A stretch of DNA of 60,711 bases from Rhina ancylostomus (GCA_030265395.1 JARFYF010000104.1:95217699-95278409); one strand, 5' to 3'; positions 24,571-39,587 are shown, counted from the stretch's first letter. Translations and numbers: made by a program. Notes: generated by a model from the letters alone, not told the origin.

Positions 24571-27245
24571 TCTCCTACATTAGTTTGTATGTTTTATCCA
24601 ATATATTGATGAATCAGGAACTTTGGAAAAACAGCTGTTCCTAACCTGTTTGCACATACTTACTTCAACTTGACCAGAACAGCAGGCCAAAGTGTGTGAT
24701 TTAGACATTTGCCTTTGAGATTAGATGAGACATGTGTATTAGGGTAACAAAAGGGAAAAAAGATCTTGACGGTATAAAAGTACAGGATAAATGCCCTCAG
24801 TAAAATATAGAATTGATGAGAGTGTATCTGTGGTTTTCTGTAAAGAAAAGCTGCTGTAAGTTCACATTCTTGGGCTGTACTTGCTCTAAGTCTGTAAATA
24901 TGGGTGGTGTTTTCTTGCCTTTACAAAAGAAGTTCATATGTATTGTCTATCCCTCTGCAACATGGATTATAAAAAGCCATAGAAATGAATTATGAACATC
25001 AGCCAATAAAAACAATAGGTTAATAAGAGTGTGTTTTGTTAACAAATATTGGCTTAAAAAGCATGTTGCATTTTTAGCTCATTTTGCATTTGTTGGTTGG
25101 AAATGATGAAGGCTATGTCAACCTTGGTCATTTGGCAGTGCTTTTGCATTGAAGAGATTAACAATGCAACAAGGTGCAGATAAGCTCATGTTTTGTGCCA
25201 CCACAAACCACCATATGAAATAATAAAAACAAATATTTTATCTTTGGGTATAAATTTCAGTAAGACACAAATAAAAAGTTATCTAAAATAACTCATAATC
25301 CAGCAAAGAGTTGCTATTTAATGTGGTATTTAAGACTCTCATGAAATGTTGTTATATTTCTTGATTGTAAAATAACTTTCTATAAAATATGGTTTTGACA
25401 AAGAGTAGTCATATGAATGTTCATCCAGTGGTTTAAAATCACAGTTATTGCCTGAAGTATCAAGGACATGCTCACANNNNNNNNNNNNNNNNNNNNNNNN
25501 NNNNNNNNNNNNNNNNNNNNNNNNNNNNNNNNNNNNNNNNNNNNNNNNNNNNNNNNNNNNNNNNNNNNNNNNNNNNNNTTGAACTAGTTTTAAGTCCACT
25601 GGTTTCCAGTAAGAGAGATGAAAAGTCTTCTTTGTTCTTCATTTGTTTTTCAAAACAGAAGACTCTCTGTGGTTGCTATTACTTAGCTTTAAAATTCCAG
25701 AACGAGTAAAGTCACATGAAATGATCTTTTGAGCAACATATTTTGCCTCTGTTAAAGGCATTTTTGAAACATTACTTTCTCCATTTAACAAAAAATCTAC
25801 ATTAGTATTTTGTTGTTAATGCCTGCTGTATGCTGGCAGTCTGCATTGATGGAACCATTTCCTTTGGCAAAGCACAGCCTTGGAAAGTATGCTCTTTTCA
25901 GTTACTGGCGTCTTTCTTGCTAACTCCGATCCTGATGCATTGATTTTAGAAAAGGAAAATCTTTTCATAGTTCCTGTCAGCTTTCTACTTAGGAAATTGG
26001 ATAGCATTCTTTTTGTCCTGCTAAAGTAATTTAAAAAGTATTACTTGAAGATAGATATGCTTTTCATGTTCTTTATTGTAATGATAGAACACATTATCCA
26101 GTTTAAATCTATCCTTAGCAAATTAAGTAAAAAGTAAAGTTACATATGGCTAAGGAATATTGTACTATTTACATTATTTTTATGATGTTGAATTGACAAA
26201 TAATAACAGAATATACTGGACATAACACATCAGACAGTATCTGCAGAGAAAATGTATTAACATTTCGGATCAATGACCTTTCTGAAGAACTGGCAAGAAG
26301 TTTGTAAACAGGCATGTTTAAACTTGCAGGAAAGGAGAATGAGGGAACAAAGAACGTCTGTGGTAGAGTGGACATGAGGAGACAATGGTGATGTAGATTA
26401 ATGCCAACAGGAATGTGTGCTAAAGGTTTGTTAATGGCAGCTTATCCATTAGTTGTTAGAGAATAAACAAGTTTTAAAATATGAAGTAGGTGGACAAAGA
26501 GAATCCATGATAGGGACACAAGATACTGCCGATGATAATCTGGAGGGAAAAGCAAACTGCTGGAGGAACTCAGTAGGTCAGGCAGCATCCGTAGAGGGCT
26601 GGTCAGAACTGATGCAGGGTCTCGACCTGAAACATAAGCCACCCTATCACCTCCACAGATGCTGACTGACCCGCTGTGTTCCTCCAGCAGTTTGTTGTAA
26701 GGTTCTTGATAGAATTGAAGATAGAAGAGATTAAATGACAAAAGGGATGAGAATGCAAGGTGAAAGGTCACAATAGGAGAAGTAAGAGAATAAGAAGTCA
26801 GGATATATAAATGTAGAATCTGAAATCTGAGAAAAACTAGGTCTATGCTGAAAATCTGTAAAACTGTGGTGTGCCTGTGTGAAAGACGAGATGTAGCTTC
26901 TTGAACTTCCTTTCAGTTTTGATGGAATGGTGTAGGTGAGGAACAGAGAGGTCAGAGTGTGAATGAGTCATCAAACCACTTGACATTTAAATTCACCCCT
27001 CGTTTGACACCAAGTAATTTCAAATCTGCTGCAACTTGGATGCTAAGTGAAGATTGTAAAAACAAAAATAGCCACAATTATTCAAGATTGGAGAGAACCA
27101 AAGGGAGTTATTTAAAGACGAACAAACTGCAGTAGCATAAAAAGTAGCTGAGTTCATTAGATTTAAAATTTTATAGCATGAAATTGCAGGCAAACTACTG
27201 ACATAGGTAAGGAATAGGTTTGGACTGTAGGAATCAGTAGGAATA

Positions 27246-27790
27246 ATTGGTAAATTGGTTTGTTATTGTCACATGTACTGAGAAACAGTGAAAACTTGTC
27301 TTGCATACTGTAAATACAGATCAATTCATTACACAGTGTGTTGAGGTAGTACAAGATAAAATAATAAGTTACAGAGAAAGTGCAGAGCAGGTAGACCATA
27401 AGGTGCAAGGTCATAACAACGTAGATTGTGAGATCAAGAGTCCATTTTATCTTACTAGGGAACCATTCAATGGTCTTATAACAGCGGGATAGAAACTGTC
27501 CTTGAGCCTGGAGGTACATGCTTTCAAGCTTTAGTATCTTCTGTCTGGGGTGGGCGGGGTCTTTGATTATGCTGGCTGCTTTACCAAGGCAGCAAGAAGT
27601 CCATGGAGGGGAGGCTGGTTTCTGTGAGGTGCCGAGCTGTATCCACAACTCTGCAGTTTCTTGCAGTCCCGGGCAGAGCAGTTGCCGTGCCAAGCCATGA
27701 TGCATCCTGATAGGATGTTTTCTATGGTGCATTAATAAAAATTGGTGAGGGTCAAAGGGGACATGTCAAATTTCTTTAGCCTCCGGGGAA
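27246..27790 (-). mobile_element. Rex1/Babar-like LINE 3' fragment, family B
   Basis: Reverse strand resembles TIESILSGCITAW.GNCSA.D.KKLQ; tail aattggttt.ttattgtcac.tgtactgag shared with 60635-60711. Confidence 0.75.
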
Positions 27791-30700
27791 AGCATTAGCC
27801 ATTCATGCTGAAGTAGTCTTTCACAGTAGTTATCTTTCCTCCCTGATTCAAAAGGAATCTGTATAAGAAATCTTAGGCTGGCACTTTGAACCCGAATCAC
27901 ACAGGTCCCCTGTAACATAGGTACTTACCCAACTCTCCTTTGGATCACACCTCATCAGGCTCAGACTTCCCACCCTACCAGTCTCCAATCAACCTGAGCC
28001 TATTGCTCACATGCTCCCACACCCACCAGGTTAATCTTGCGACTACCCATCCCCACCTCCACTTAACTGAACGATTCAGCTAAGGTAACTAACTGCACCT
28101 CGTGTCCTTCCCACCAGCAACCATTGATTGTTGTCCCCGATTACCAATCACCCCCACATCCCCAAGCTCGATTGTACTTCCTAACCATCAGTCACGCTTG
28201 GTCGGCACAGAGTCAGCAAGCTGGAGGGCTGGTTTCCGTGCTATAAGACATTATGACTTCTAGGCCTACCTCTCTGATGTAAAAGGGGGAAGCACTCAAA
28301 GGGAAGGTCTTGAAAGTGAAAGATTGTTCACTCGTTGAAGATCACACGTGAACACTTAGAGACACCACTAATTTGGGAGATAATTCCTGTCATACCAGAA
28401 TAAGGATAACATTAGAAGCTAATTGTTCAGGGGTGGCATGTGAAGCATTTCTAAACAGAATTGTGAGGCAAGTGCATTATAGCACATTCCTAAAGCACTT
28501 CAGGAGATCCTGAGATTTTATAAGGCACAATGTAATAGCAGGTCTTCCCTCTTTCTTCTTTTCTTTCTTCATCTTTCTCAGCTTCCTGTGCAACACACTT
28601 CATTCTACTACCCCTATTACACCATACTATAATTGTCCTCTTCTTACAAATGCTCTGACAAGTTAATCAGTTTATATGTGTTGTTGGTTGTAGAAAGAAG
28701 TTGGCCCGAACCATGGATTAACCTTCCAGCTATTTAAGTAGAATGATAAGATGTAGACATCTACCCAAAATATTAGAACAAGCAGAGAGAGCTTTTATTT
28801 AATGTTTCATCTGATAGACTTACATTCATGTTCTTTTGAGGATGATTCAAAGCACATTACGTACAATGAAGTAATTTTAAAACATAACTATGAACATAAT
28901 TTGGAAAACTTTCCAGTTTTCAAAAACATGATAATTATTGGACAATCTATTGTAATGATATTGAATGAGTGATAAACATCGGCTGGGGCACTGGAGAAAA
29001 GCCTCCTGGTATTCTTCAGGGTAACAGTTTGGGAAGATCTGCATCCATCAGAGGAAATTCAATTTCTCTTTAATGTCACACCAAAAGATATTACTGTACT
29101 TCCAACAGCTTGACTTGCCCTCGGTACTTTAGATTAATGTGATCTGATTAGTTACTGATTAGATCTGATTGTAAAGAGTAGGTCATGCCCATTGAGACTA
29201 ATTGATCTTTTTCAGTGAGAATCTAATGTAATAAACAAGGGAATGTCTTTGGACTAAAAAGAGAAATTTTGGAAATACTCAGCAGGTTAGGCAGCATTTG
29301 TAGAAAGAAAAGCGGAGCTAATATTTTATGCTAAACATCTTTCATTGGAGCATAAGAATAAAAATTCATGGGAATAAAAGCCAATAATTGATTAGGAAAT
29401 TGGGCAGTAGAAGTCCAACAGTGGGGATAATGAATGCACTCTCAAATAGGAAGACTGATGTCTGCAAGGAGTTCGGCTACTTAAATAATTCATTAGTTAG
29501 CTTGTACAAAAGCAAAACATTGCAGTGCTAAACATAGAAAAGAAAATGCTGGTAAACTCATTAGGTCAGACAATATCTGCAGAGAGAGAGATAGAATTAA
29601 TGTCTCATCAGAACAGGAAAGTTAATGATAAACACATTTTAAGATGTAGATGAGGAAGGGAATGGAGAGGTAGAGAAGAACAAAAGGGAAGCTTTCTGTT
29701 AGAGTAGAAAGCATATTATGTGTGTGAACACAAAAGTATTAAAGTGCAAGGTGAAAATAAATGATAATGGGGCAGGTAACAATCCAAATGTCAGTCCAAT
29801 GGAGTGTAAATGGAGAACCAGAATTGTTATCTGAGATGACAAAAGGAAAATACTATGGATGCTGGAAATTGGAATTAAAAACAGAAGAAGCTTATTTTAC
29901 ATGAAATTTTGAACTCTGCCTTGAATGCAGTAGTGCGTTGAGTGCTTAGTCAGAGGGGCTGTTGCCCAGTCAAATGCTGAATATAAGAGACCAAGGACAT
30001 AGAAGGTAAACTGGAAGTTGAATGAAAGTGTATCAAATATGCAGGTTGATTATATAAAAATTGGTGGAAAGTAAGTAAGGAGGTCATGAGCATAGAAGTA
30101 TGAGAAGATATTTGATAGATCAAGTCAATTAACAATTTTAGTTTCAAAGTGAAGTTTTGCCAGCCAGGGGTATTAAAGGAAGTGGAGCCAAGGAGTTAGG
30201 ATATGGACCTTTCTATATTCAAGCACACAATGTCTGAATTTTTGCTTGCAAGTTTCCAGCTGAGAAAACATTGGTAATTTTTTATTACCAGACACGATTA
30301 TTCTGGCACAAGCAGATCTTTTATTTGTCATAGCTCTAATGATATGGATTATAGTTTTCTTGGATCTTGAAGTTGTAGGCCCTTATTCATTTAAATTGCA
30401 GTAATTCACATCAAATAGCAATGGACCAGCAGTTACCGCAGCCTCAGGGTATAATGGTCAGAGCATTCAGGACTCTAACAGTTTATGAACACCATCTCAT
30501 TTTGGTTACTTTAATACATTGTTTGGTGCCTAAGTCATATTTTGAGACAAAAATAACATAAAACTTAATCCGTATGCATTGCTGTGTATGAAAGCATATT
30601 GTGCATATGGCAGGGTGGAAACTTGTTTTAATAGGAGCTTTGCTTTAGTACATTTCTGATTTAACTATCTCACTTCTGAAATTTAGCTGAATAATTGCAG

Positions 30701-30892
30701 GATGGTTACCTGGGAGAGGGACCCAAAGTAGTAGTTCATTCAAGTTGATGTCATATCTTGTGACAGCTATGCTGGAGAACTTTTAATGTTTTCCATTCAC
30801 ACCCGGGGATTAGGTTAGTCTCTTTGGTTTTAATTTTACTTATTCTAATTTTAATGAAAAATAAATAATTGGTCATGAACTTTAAGACAATG

Positions 30893-31132
30893 AAAAGCAA
30901 AAATGCTGCAAATGCTGGAAATCTGAAATAAAAACAGAAAATGCTGGAAGCACTCAGTAGGTCAGGCAGAGTGATATTAAAAAAACATTAAAAAAGGTAA
31001 ATTAACTTTTTGTTTAAATCTTTCCTTCCCAGTTCTGACGAAGCATCTCCAACATGAACCATTGCTTCTGTTTCTTTTACTAGAGGTGCTACCTGACCTG
31101 CTGAGTGTTTCCAGCATTTATTGTTTTTATTT
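30893..31132. mobile_element. Palindromic (fold-back) repeat, Penelope-like family; related copies at ~13437, 26520, 29250, 29510, 36186, 41604, 52680, 53626, 53868
   Basis: Arm aaataaaaacagaaaatgctggaagcactcagtaggtcaggcag (30926-30969) is complementary to 31089-31132, and the same arm text recurs across the window. The Penelope assignment is inference. Confidence 0.7.
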
Positions 31133-31499
31133 GTGCATTTAAATCCAATGCATTTTCTAAAGCTTTTGCGTAGGTGAGCATGGTGATAGGTTTTAGGCTG
31201 CAGAATTTGGACAAAGGGATTTAAATCTGATTTAGCTTGAAGGTATCCGTAATGTCAACAAGTTTTCTGGTACCAGATTGCCAATTACTGATGCATAGAA
31301 TTGACAGGAAAAGATTGCAAGCTATTTCTCAATAAAACTGAAATAATATGATTATATCTGTTCACTTAAATGAAGACAGTAATGGAATGCTACAGTTATT
31401 CAAGTTTGCCTGTGTGTTTGTTTCTGATCCACATTCAAATGTGTATTCCTTGTACCAGAACCAAACAGGATTAAGTTTAGGGATGAATATCTTCTGAAG

Positions 31500-31945
31500 C
31501 AGGATCAAGGATGACTTTCTTCCACTCTGGTTTTGTGAGTTCTGAGCTGGATGATAAGGCCAATGTGGGAACCACAGACTCTTCTACAGAAGGGGCAGTC
31601 AGCGGCTGACAAGGCTGGCTGGTGGGTGGGTAGTTTGAGAGGTGGTCTGCTCCTTCTGCATCCTGCAGAGGGCTTCCATTTGTTCCTGATGCATGGTCTG
31701 GAGATTCTCAATACTGTCCCGTTTGCTGCTCCTTCACTTTGTGCAGTCGTGGTCCAGAGGTTCCCAGGAGTCAGTGGGGAGATTGCATTTCTTCAAGGAG
31801 GCTGTCTGCCTTGTAATCTCCTCATACCTCTTGTGATGGAATTCAGCCTAGAGTGTATGTTTTAGGAGTCTAGTGTCAGGCATGCGAATGATATGACTTG
31901 GTCTGTGTAGCTGATTCAGTATATCTAAGGCATCAATGCTGGGAC
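31500..31945 (-). mobile_element. RTE-clade LINE 3' fragment
   Basis: Peptide CPFCRRVCGSHIGLIIQLRTH matches the C-terminal C2H-type motif of RTE ORFs. Confidence 0.7.
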
Positions 31946-33257
31946 TTTAATTTTTCAATTAATTTTTTTAAAGTCAATTTCTTTCTTCGTTTTTAACATT
32001 CACTACTCTCTGGGAAAAGCACTTTCTCCTCATCTCTGTACTAAATCTATTCCCCCGAATCTTGAGGCTATGTCCCCTAGTTCTAGCCTAGAAATAGTCT
32101 CGTGCACTATCTGCTACAACTTTTCTTTTAACTTTTCAGCTGCATAGTGATCATGAAAACACTCTATGCTATCCAATTTCAATGTGATTTTTTTCCTTCA
32201 TACCTTACTGGCTTCACATTAAAAACCTTTGCCAAACAACCTCTCTGGAGGTGAAAATTAACTTTCTTATGTGTGGAGTCAGAGTGCTTTAGATTTAAAG
32301 GCTATTGGAGATTTGTAACAATTTATTTTTCACTTTTTTTCTCCTCACCTTTTCAGCTTTTTGATTTCTGTCCTGGAATTGACATTGAATTAAACATTCT
32401 CCTACTTTGGTGTGCTCTACAAGGATTCTTTGATCTGATCAGTTTAGATGATATACTCAGTTTTTTGCCCTTTCTACATTGGTCCCAGGTATTCTGCAAA
32501 TGATGTCTTTCTAAATCTAAAATTTCCATTGGAAGATCCCATAGGAACGCTGCACGTAAATGCAATAAGCAGTTTTAGCGTTTCATTTCCCACTGAGTCC
32601 AAAATCGAGCACATGAAGTCTCTTTCAATCCCAAACAACATTAATTCCGAGATACTAAGTTGACTCCCAGATTCTGGATTGTCTTTACAAAATTCCTGCA
32701 ATATTATATTTCCCATGGGTTAGATATGTTTCCCATACCAGCATTTTATTATGTTTTTTTTGCCATCCAAGTAAATTGCTCTATCTTCTCTCACCTTCAC
32801 AAGACCTCATTCTAAATTAGAATCAGGAGATAATGTGTAACGAATGGCTGATCCATTGCCAACAGCACTTAAAAGTCAAAATTACCCCCAAAGTTTCTAA
32901 GTTGCATCTATAATGTATTAAAAATGGTGATTGATCTGAGAATGTCAGATGCCAGGTCTATCATAGGGCTAATTAGTAATAAAATTGAAGCATGTTTTCA
33001 GCTTCTTTTGCCTTTCCCATATATCCCAAAGATCAAGTTTGTATCAACATCTCAAACTTACTGAGGTCTGTAGATTAAATTTCATTTTGTTTCTAGTTTG
33101 TAATGTAATATCTACTGAGGTGCCAACATGAATGTCTGCAATTTTTGGAACTGCTTATTATTTTGTTAAAAGTTTATGGATGAAACTTAGAACCTTGTAG
33201 ATTTGTTTTGGTGTTGTGGGATTTAGCAGTTTACTTGAATGAGTCTCAAAACAACAG

Positions 33258-33562
33258 CAGAACAAATTTTGCACAGTCCCAGACCCTCCGACAGAGTAAA
33301 TTTTGCACAGTCCTACACCACTAGCAGAGTAATTTCTGACTAATCCCACATATCCTGCAGAGTAAATTCTGCANNNNNNNNNNNNNNNNNNNNNNNNNNN
33401 NNNNNNNNNNNNNNNNNNNNNNNNNNNNNNNNNNNNNNNNNNNNNNNNNNNNNNNNNNNNNNNNNNNNNNNNNATTCTGCAGGGTCTTACACCACCTACA
33501 GGGAACATTCTGCACAATCACACTCCCATCTACAGGGTATCTTCTGCACAGCCCACACCACA
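33258..33562. repeat. Degenerate ~33-bp minisatellite spanning a gap
   Basis: Units such as cagagtaaattttgcacagtcctacaccactag repeat head to tail on both sides of N33374-33473. Confidence 0.8.
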
Positions 33563-36500
33563 ATTCAATTCTCAGTGAACATCCATTGAAAAAAAATTGC
33601 CAATAATATAACCATAATTTCTTGATGAGCCCTGTGTGAATTTTTGGTTATGCCACAGGGTTCTTCAAAATTTATTTTCACAATTTTAATACTGGTATGA
33701 AGCCAAATAGCTTTATATTAACATTGCAGTTATTGTGTTACTGCATTCTCAGAGCAGAATTAAATGGCTTTCTTATATTTGCTTTCCCAGTGTAAACAGA
33801 TAAGACAAGAGAGATGAGCAGTTTTTTTCACTATTATCTAAAAAAATATAAATAACTTGAGTTAGAAAGATATTTTCAACAGGATGTCTTCGCCACTTGT
33901 TGCAAGAAGCTACTACTTTATTTGTACAGTAGTTGATGTATTGCTGCAGTGTGTCCCTAGAACTTGGTGCTGCTAATTGCACTAGAAACTTTGGGAAAAA
34001 TTCAATAGTTTTTTTTCCTTGTTCACTCTATCAAAACCAGTATTATATCTCCCCTTAAACCTCCCTGCTCTAATCCAAGTTGTTCTAATTTTTCTACACA
34101 AAGTAATTCTCCCATGTACCATTAAAAAATAATGGAAACAATATTCCAACTAAGATCTAACCACTAATTTTTAAAGGGTCTGCCACGATTCATAAAGCCA
34201 AGGATCCCGCATTTATTAAAAAAAACACTTGTATCAACTTCTGCCACTCTCAAAGATGTGTGTGAAAATCTCCAGGTTTCTCTGTTCCCCTCTTTAAAAT
34301 TGCATTATTATTATCTATTTTCTATCTTTAATCATTCTGAATTTTTCATTACTATATGCATTTTGTAATTGTAAGGGCAGGAAACTATCAAACCACTAGA
34401 TCTTTGGCACTGTCATTTCAGGACATCTAGGATACACCCAAGTTTAATATAGCATGAGTCCCTTTCATTCATTTTCCTCTCAACTCATACAAAAATTTAT
34501 ATAATTTGTCTGGACTCTTAAGAGTCTCCACTGAGAAGATTAGAAGCTCATTGTGTGAGGAATCACCACTCTAAACCCATATTTTATCACCCTGGCATGG
34601 AAAGACTTAGCCATTTTGTAAGTAAGCCATGCTGCAGTTGGTTCTCTGTGACTAAACACAACTTATTTGTGGTTTGTTTTCCAGATTATTACACGTTTCC
34701 AAAATAGCTTTTTAAATTAAACTATTCATTGTTTTATTGATATCATTTCTCCATCACATTTTACCCACCTCTTACAAATATAATGTAATCCTAATTGAGT
34801 AAAGGACTCTACCAGCATGATAATATCATTAGACTTTTATATTGTATTGCATGATTATCAATTATTCATAACTCATACAAATGAATATTGTAGTTTCTGA
34901 TGCTACATAAATTGTAAATATAAATATATATTTAATCAAATATCTGAAAGCACCTCACAATGATTTAAAAATAATAAATCTTTACTCTAAAGGCATAAAT
35001 ATTTAATACGGGACCTGTTAAAAAGCATGACTTAACTGAGGCTAACAGTTTTTTATTCTGAGAAATTCCTAATAGTTTATAGAATTTCAATGTCACTGTT
35101 CCTTTAGAGGCATCAAATAGTGATAAAAGGGATTTTCTTGTTAAAATTTTTAACACTTTTTTTTCTTGTGTGGATATACAGTATTAGTTATTTTTACTGA
35201 ATTAACTTCTTCAGCTAATGTAGTTTATACCGAGTTCTTTGTTTCCTTTATGCAAACCACATATTTGTATAGACCACACCCTGTATTTCCTGATTAATAT
35301 TTTAGGTATAATTTCTCTTTTAATCACCATAAACTTCAAGTCTACTAATTTATGTTTAAGTGAAATTCATGCTTGTAATTTAATGCATTTATAAACATAA
35401 GCACTGTTCTTTGGTTTTGGATAAAATCAATACTCTATACTTTGCTGAAACTGCATTTTAATTAGTAGCTAACTGTACTATACAGGATGACTAACATCTG
35501 TGATCTATGTGGAACTAAGAATATAAGAATGACAGAGTAGTTGAAACTGAATGCATTAAATATTACTTAAAATTTTGGCTCAATGTAGAGATTTTCCTTA
35601 TGTAACCACTGACTTTTGAAGCATATAACTTTTGCTAAAGCACCACATCAATTTTTCTGCAGTGCCCAAAGTTTTGCTGTCTATCTTGTGTTTGTGACTC
35701 TTTTGTTCCACTTTAGTTTGTTCCTCCACAAGTTTTCTTCTCCTGATGGGTTTAATTCCTTACTGGAATAGGATTCCCACTGGTGCCACTTTATCTTGCT
35801 ATTTCAGGCAACGAGTCATAATCTGTCATATGTGAGGCTTGACAGTCTGTCTTTAACAGGCTATTCAATCATACATCACAGCCAAGTCTCATGCTGTCAC
35901 CCAGCGACTGTATTCACTCTGTCTCCAATCATTCTCAAATGTATACAGGTGCACACTTTTGGTGTAGATTGTGATAATGGTCAGTAAGAGGAACCTAAGC
36001 TGATTTTTCTTTCCCTTTACTAGCATAGAGATAATGAAGTTAATGAAAGAGCTGGATCTTTGATATTAGTTAACTTAGAGTCCACCTATCAAAACTGATT
36101 GCTTTCTATGTTAATTTTGCTCCATTTTCTTTTGGATGGCTCTCTTAGCTGTTGAGAAACTCGTGTCACCTTAATTCGGAGAGGAAAAAAATACAGGAAA
36201 AATGAGAAATACTCAGCATGGCAGGTAGCGTGGTGGACAGAGAAAAAAACGGAATTAACGTTACAGTTCTGAGACAAACTGGAATAGTTAGTGATCTCCA
36301 GCTTTCTGTAGATTTCCAGCAATCATGTTGTATTATCTCAGTGTTCCAGCACTTCATGCCCTCCGTTTCTATTCATCTCCCTGTATTTACACCTCCTCCA
36401 GGCAGGTCGGCCTCATCTGTAGTTTATTTCCAGCATTTCATTTTTTATTTCAGATTCCCAACATATGCGGCGTTTGATTACTGAATTTAATTCAAAATGT

Positions 36501-39417
36501 ATATCTTGCACCTCTGCTTCTGGCACCTCCGGAAACTTGCTGAAGGAAGGCTTCAGGTTTCAGTTTGTCAGTTTTTTGGTTTAGAAAAATTAAGCTGAGT
36601 CAACTGTTTGGCAGTAGTAATGAATGAACTTCATAGCAAAATTCATCTTCAGTCATTCCCTGATTTCACCTCAGAGCTTCTGCTTTTGCAACTTATCTTC
36701 AAACCACATTTACTTGCAAAGTTTTGAAGCTAATTTGCAATACAACCAATCTTCAAGTGTTACAACTACATAAGACTTTATACTATGCCATATTAAATTG
36801 TTATATCAAAAAAAAATTTTAAACAGTAGTAATAAACTTTCTTTGAAATAAATAGATATTTGTCAACATTGTGTAGAAAATGCAACTAATCAGCTTTGGG
36901 CTATATTTGCGTAAAAATGTGCTGCTCATCTTGTTATATATTAGCCGGAAATATGTCTAGTTTGGATATGTAATTTTTACCCTTTATAGTGGATAATAAA
37001 TTCTTGTGCTGTGCTCATGAATGCATCATGGATAGTAATTTTCATGAGCAATCATAATTTTAGACTAGCTGAGGAGGAAGATACAAATCTACATGAAAAG
37101 CTTTGGAAAGCTCTCTGTTCCTTGGCCTAACTGGATGTTCTGTTTCATGGATTATAATGAGGAGTGGCACCAGCCCTCAAACCAAGTAAAAGGATGCGGT
37201 TTGCAGAGCTGGCTGTATGCAAAAAAAAATTCTTTGTAATCGACCACATTCATGCATTTTCCATTTATTTTCTTTTAATTTTATGCAGGAATTAAGTTCT
37301 TTCCCGATAATGTTATGTTGAGGCTGAAAAGTCTCCAATTAAGTTGCTGAATGCAGAAATGTTAATTTAATAGATTTTGAATATTAATAAAAATGTTCCC
37401 GAAAGTGTAGAATGAAACTTTGTATGCAAAATCACATTAGTTGGTACCTTTAAAGGTCCTGTTAATATATTTTTAGAACAGTCTAATTAAGATATCATTT
37501 TGGCAGAAAAATGGTATATAGTTACCATAAGGTGGTTGTGTCAGACCAGATGGATTTCACAGTGCTGTACAATGAGGTTCACTCTAATTAATTTAATAAT
37601 GCAACTATCATCCTGATTGAAATGCTGTATGGGCATTTAAGCAGAGACAAGCAGAATTCTATGTAGTTGGGAGAGAAGGTAGAGTAAAGGACTGTGTGCC
37701 AGTTGACCTTCATTGTATGGTTATGATTTGAAAATGACTGGCTAACTGTTGTACTCTGTATTTAATATCTGCTTCACAATTAAAGTCTATGACATTTTTA
37801 AACCATTGTCACTACACTTACCAAGCAACTTATGTGTGCCATTTATCTGGAGGGCTGCACCACAATTTACAGAAGTTTGCTGTGACTGGGTGTGTGATAC
37901 AATGCCTAGCACCAGAACATGCTGTGTTTTATCAATGCTCAGCAGAATTAGGTATCCTATTATATCTCTTCAGTCTAATGACAATTTCATTCACCAACAA
38001 AGCTCTTTTTCTTTTGTTTTCTCATTTATCTCCAGTATTCACCTTTTCTACTTCAATAGAAACAATCTTAGTTCTCCAAGTTTTTCCTCATACCAATAGC
38101 TTCTCCTCACTGAGTCATTCTGATGATTTTTTTCTGCCTTAAAGTATTTTCTGTGACTGGGACCTAAACTTATACACAACACAAAGCTTAAACATTGCCT
38201 AATACAAATTTATCATTTTATCTGTGAGGTCATACCCTTTGTCCCTCTTCAAGAAACTCAAATTGTTATTTCCCTTTTCATGACTTAAGTTGCACTTTCA
38301 CTTTCAGGGAATTATGTATTTAAACCTGCAGATCTTTGTTTATTTCACCTTCAGCTGACTTCCAGCAAGTGTATATTCATGCATTTTTTGACTATCAACC
38401 TATCAACAATGAAATTTATCCATCACCTGCCTATTTGTGATTACATATGTGTACTTATGATGTTAATTGGACTGTCTTGAGAGCTCTTTGAAAGAGGACC
38501 AATGAAGTTCAGAACTGATGAAGTTTGAGTCTTTGGAAAACTTATGGAAAGCTTATGTAAATTTCTCAGGTTTTCACTGAAATATAGAGCAAGTCTGTAA
38601 TAAACAAATCACTATTGTGGCGGAAAATTTGAAGTGGTAATTCTTTCTGAGTTAATCGTTATACTCTTTGGTTTTCAACAAACAACTATGAATACAAATC
38701 CATTTTTTAAAGTTTTGTATGGATTTCTCAGATTTCTATCATGTTTGTCATTGTAGTGAAATGTAGTTGTTGCTTTCACACCTGTTAGGTGTACTTACCA
38801 AGCCAGCTAATCTAACAGAGGTCATTGATATTACTTCCTTTCAGGGAACTAGCTTTGTGTTCGTAAAGAGGTTACTAGCTTTATGAAGTTGAGGACCCTA
38901 TAAGGTGTAAAGGCGCAAAGATGTTGCATTACACTGGGAGAAATAATCATTAATATGTCGGTTTTTCCATTTGAACTTTCTGCATTAATTAGTTCCCTTG
39001 TATAGTTGGCAGGAATTCATCCATGTTCCACGCTCTGGATGTTATCATTCTTCTTTGTTTAAATATAAATATTCATGTAAAAAATTGAAGAACTTAGTTA
39101 ACTCACTCTTTTTCCAAAGGTGAATTAATGGGAAGGGAAGATTAATTAACTTGTTTCTGTTCTATGGGTAAGACTGGGAATATTCTGATATTACAAATCA
39201 TGTTCAGATCCTGATTATGCAGGGAGAATACCATTTGTTCCATTGAAATTAAGAAGCAGCAAGGATTTATGATGTGTTTGTGGTTATTAATGTTTATGTA
39301 TATATTTCTTATGTATTCCCAATTAACTATTAGACACTAATGTCTAATTTTTCATTTGATTCTCTTTTGTTGTGTGCTGAATATATGTCCACTTAGTCTA
39401 AATCTTTTCTGCAACAG

Positions 39418-39587
39418 GAAATGGGTATGGAAATCCTCGCAACTCACCAGGTCTGCTGGTCTCACCTGGAAGCATGAACAAGAACATGCAAACCAAGTCG
39501 CCCCCTCCTATGAATTTGGGAATGAACAACCGAAAACCGGACCTCAGGGTTCTCATCCCACCAGGTTCAAAGAATATGCCATCTGTG
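39418..39587 (+). CDS. MEF2C: MEF2C coding exon with MAPK docking motif ([17 protein letters not shown]...[19 protein letters not shown])
   Basis: caacag|GAAAT...TCTGTG|gtaagt; 170 nt, phase 1-0. Confidence 0.96.

Noticed and set aside
33258-33562. ~33-bp repeats as a CRISPR-like array
   Set aside because: Units are contiguous and degenerate with no unique spacers, in a vertebrate intron; this is a minisatellite.
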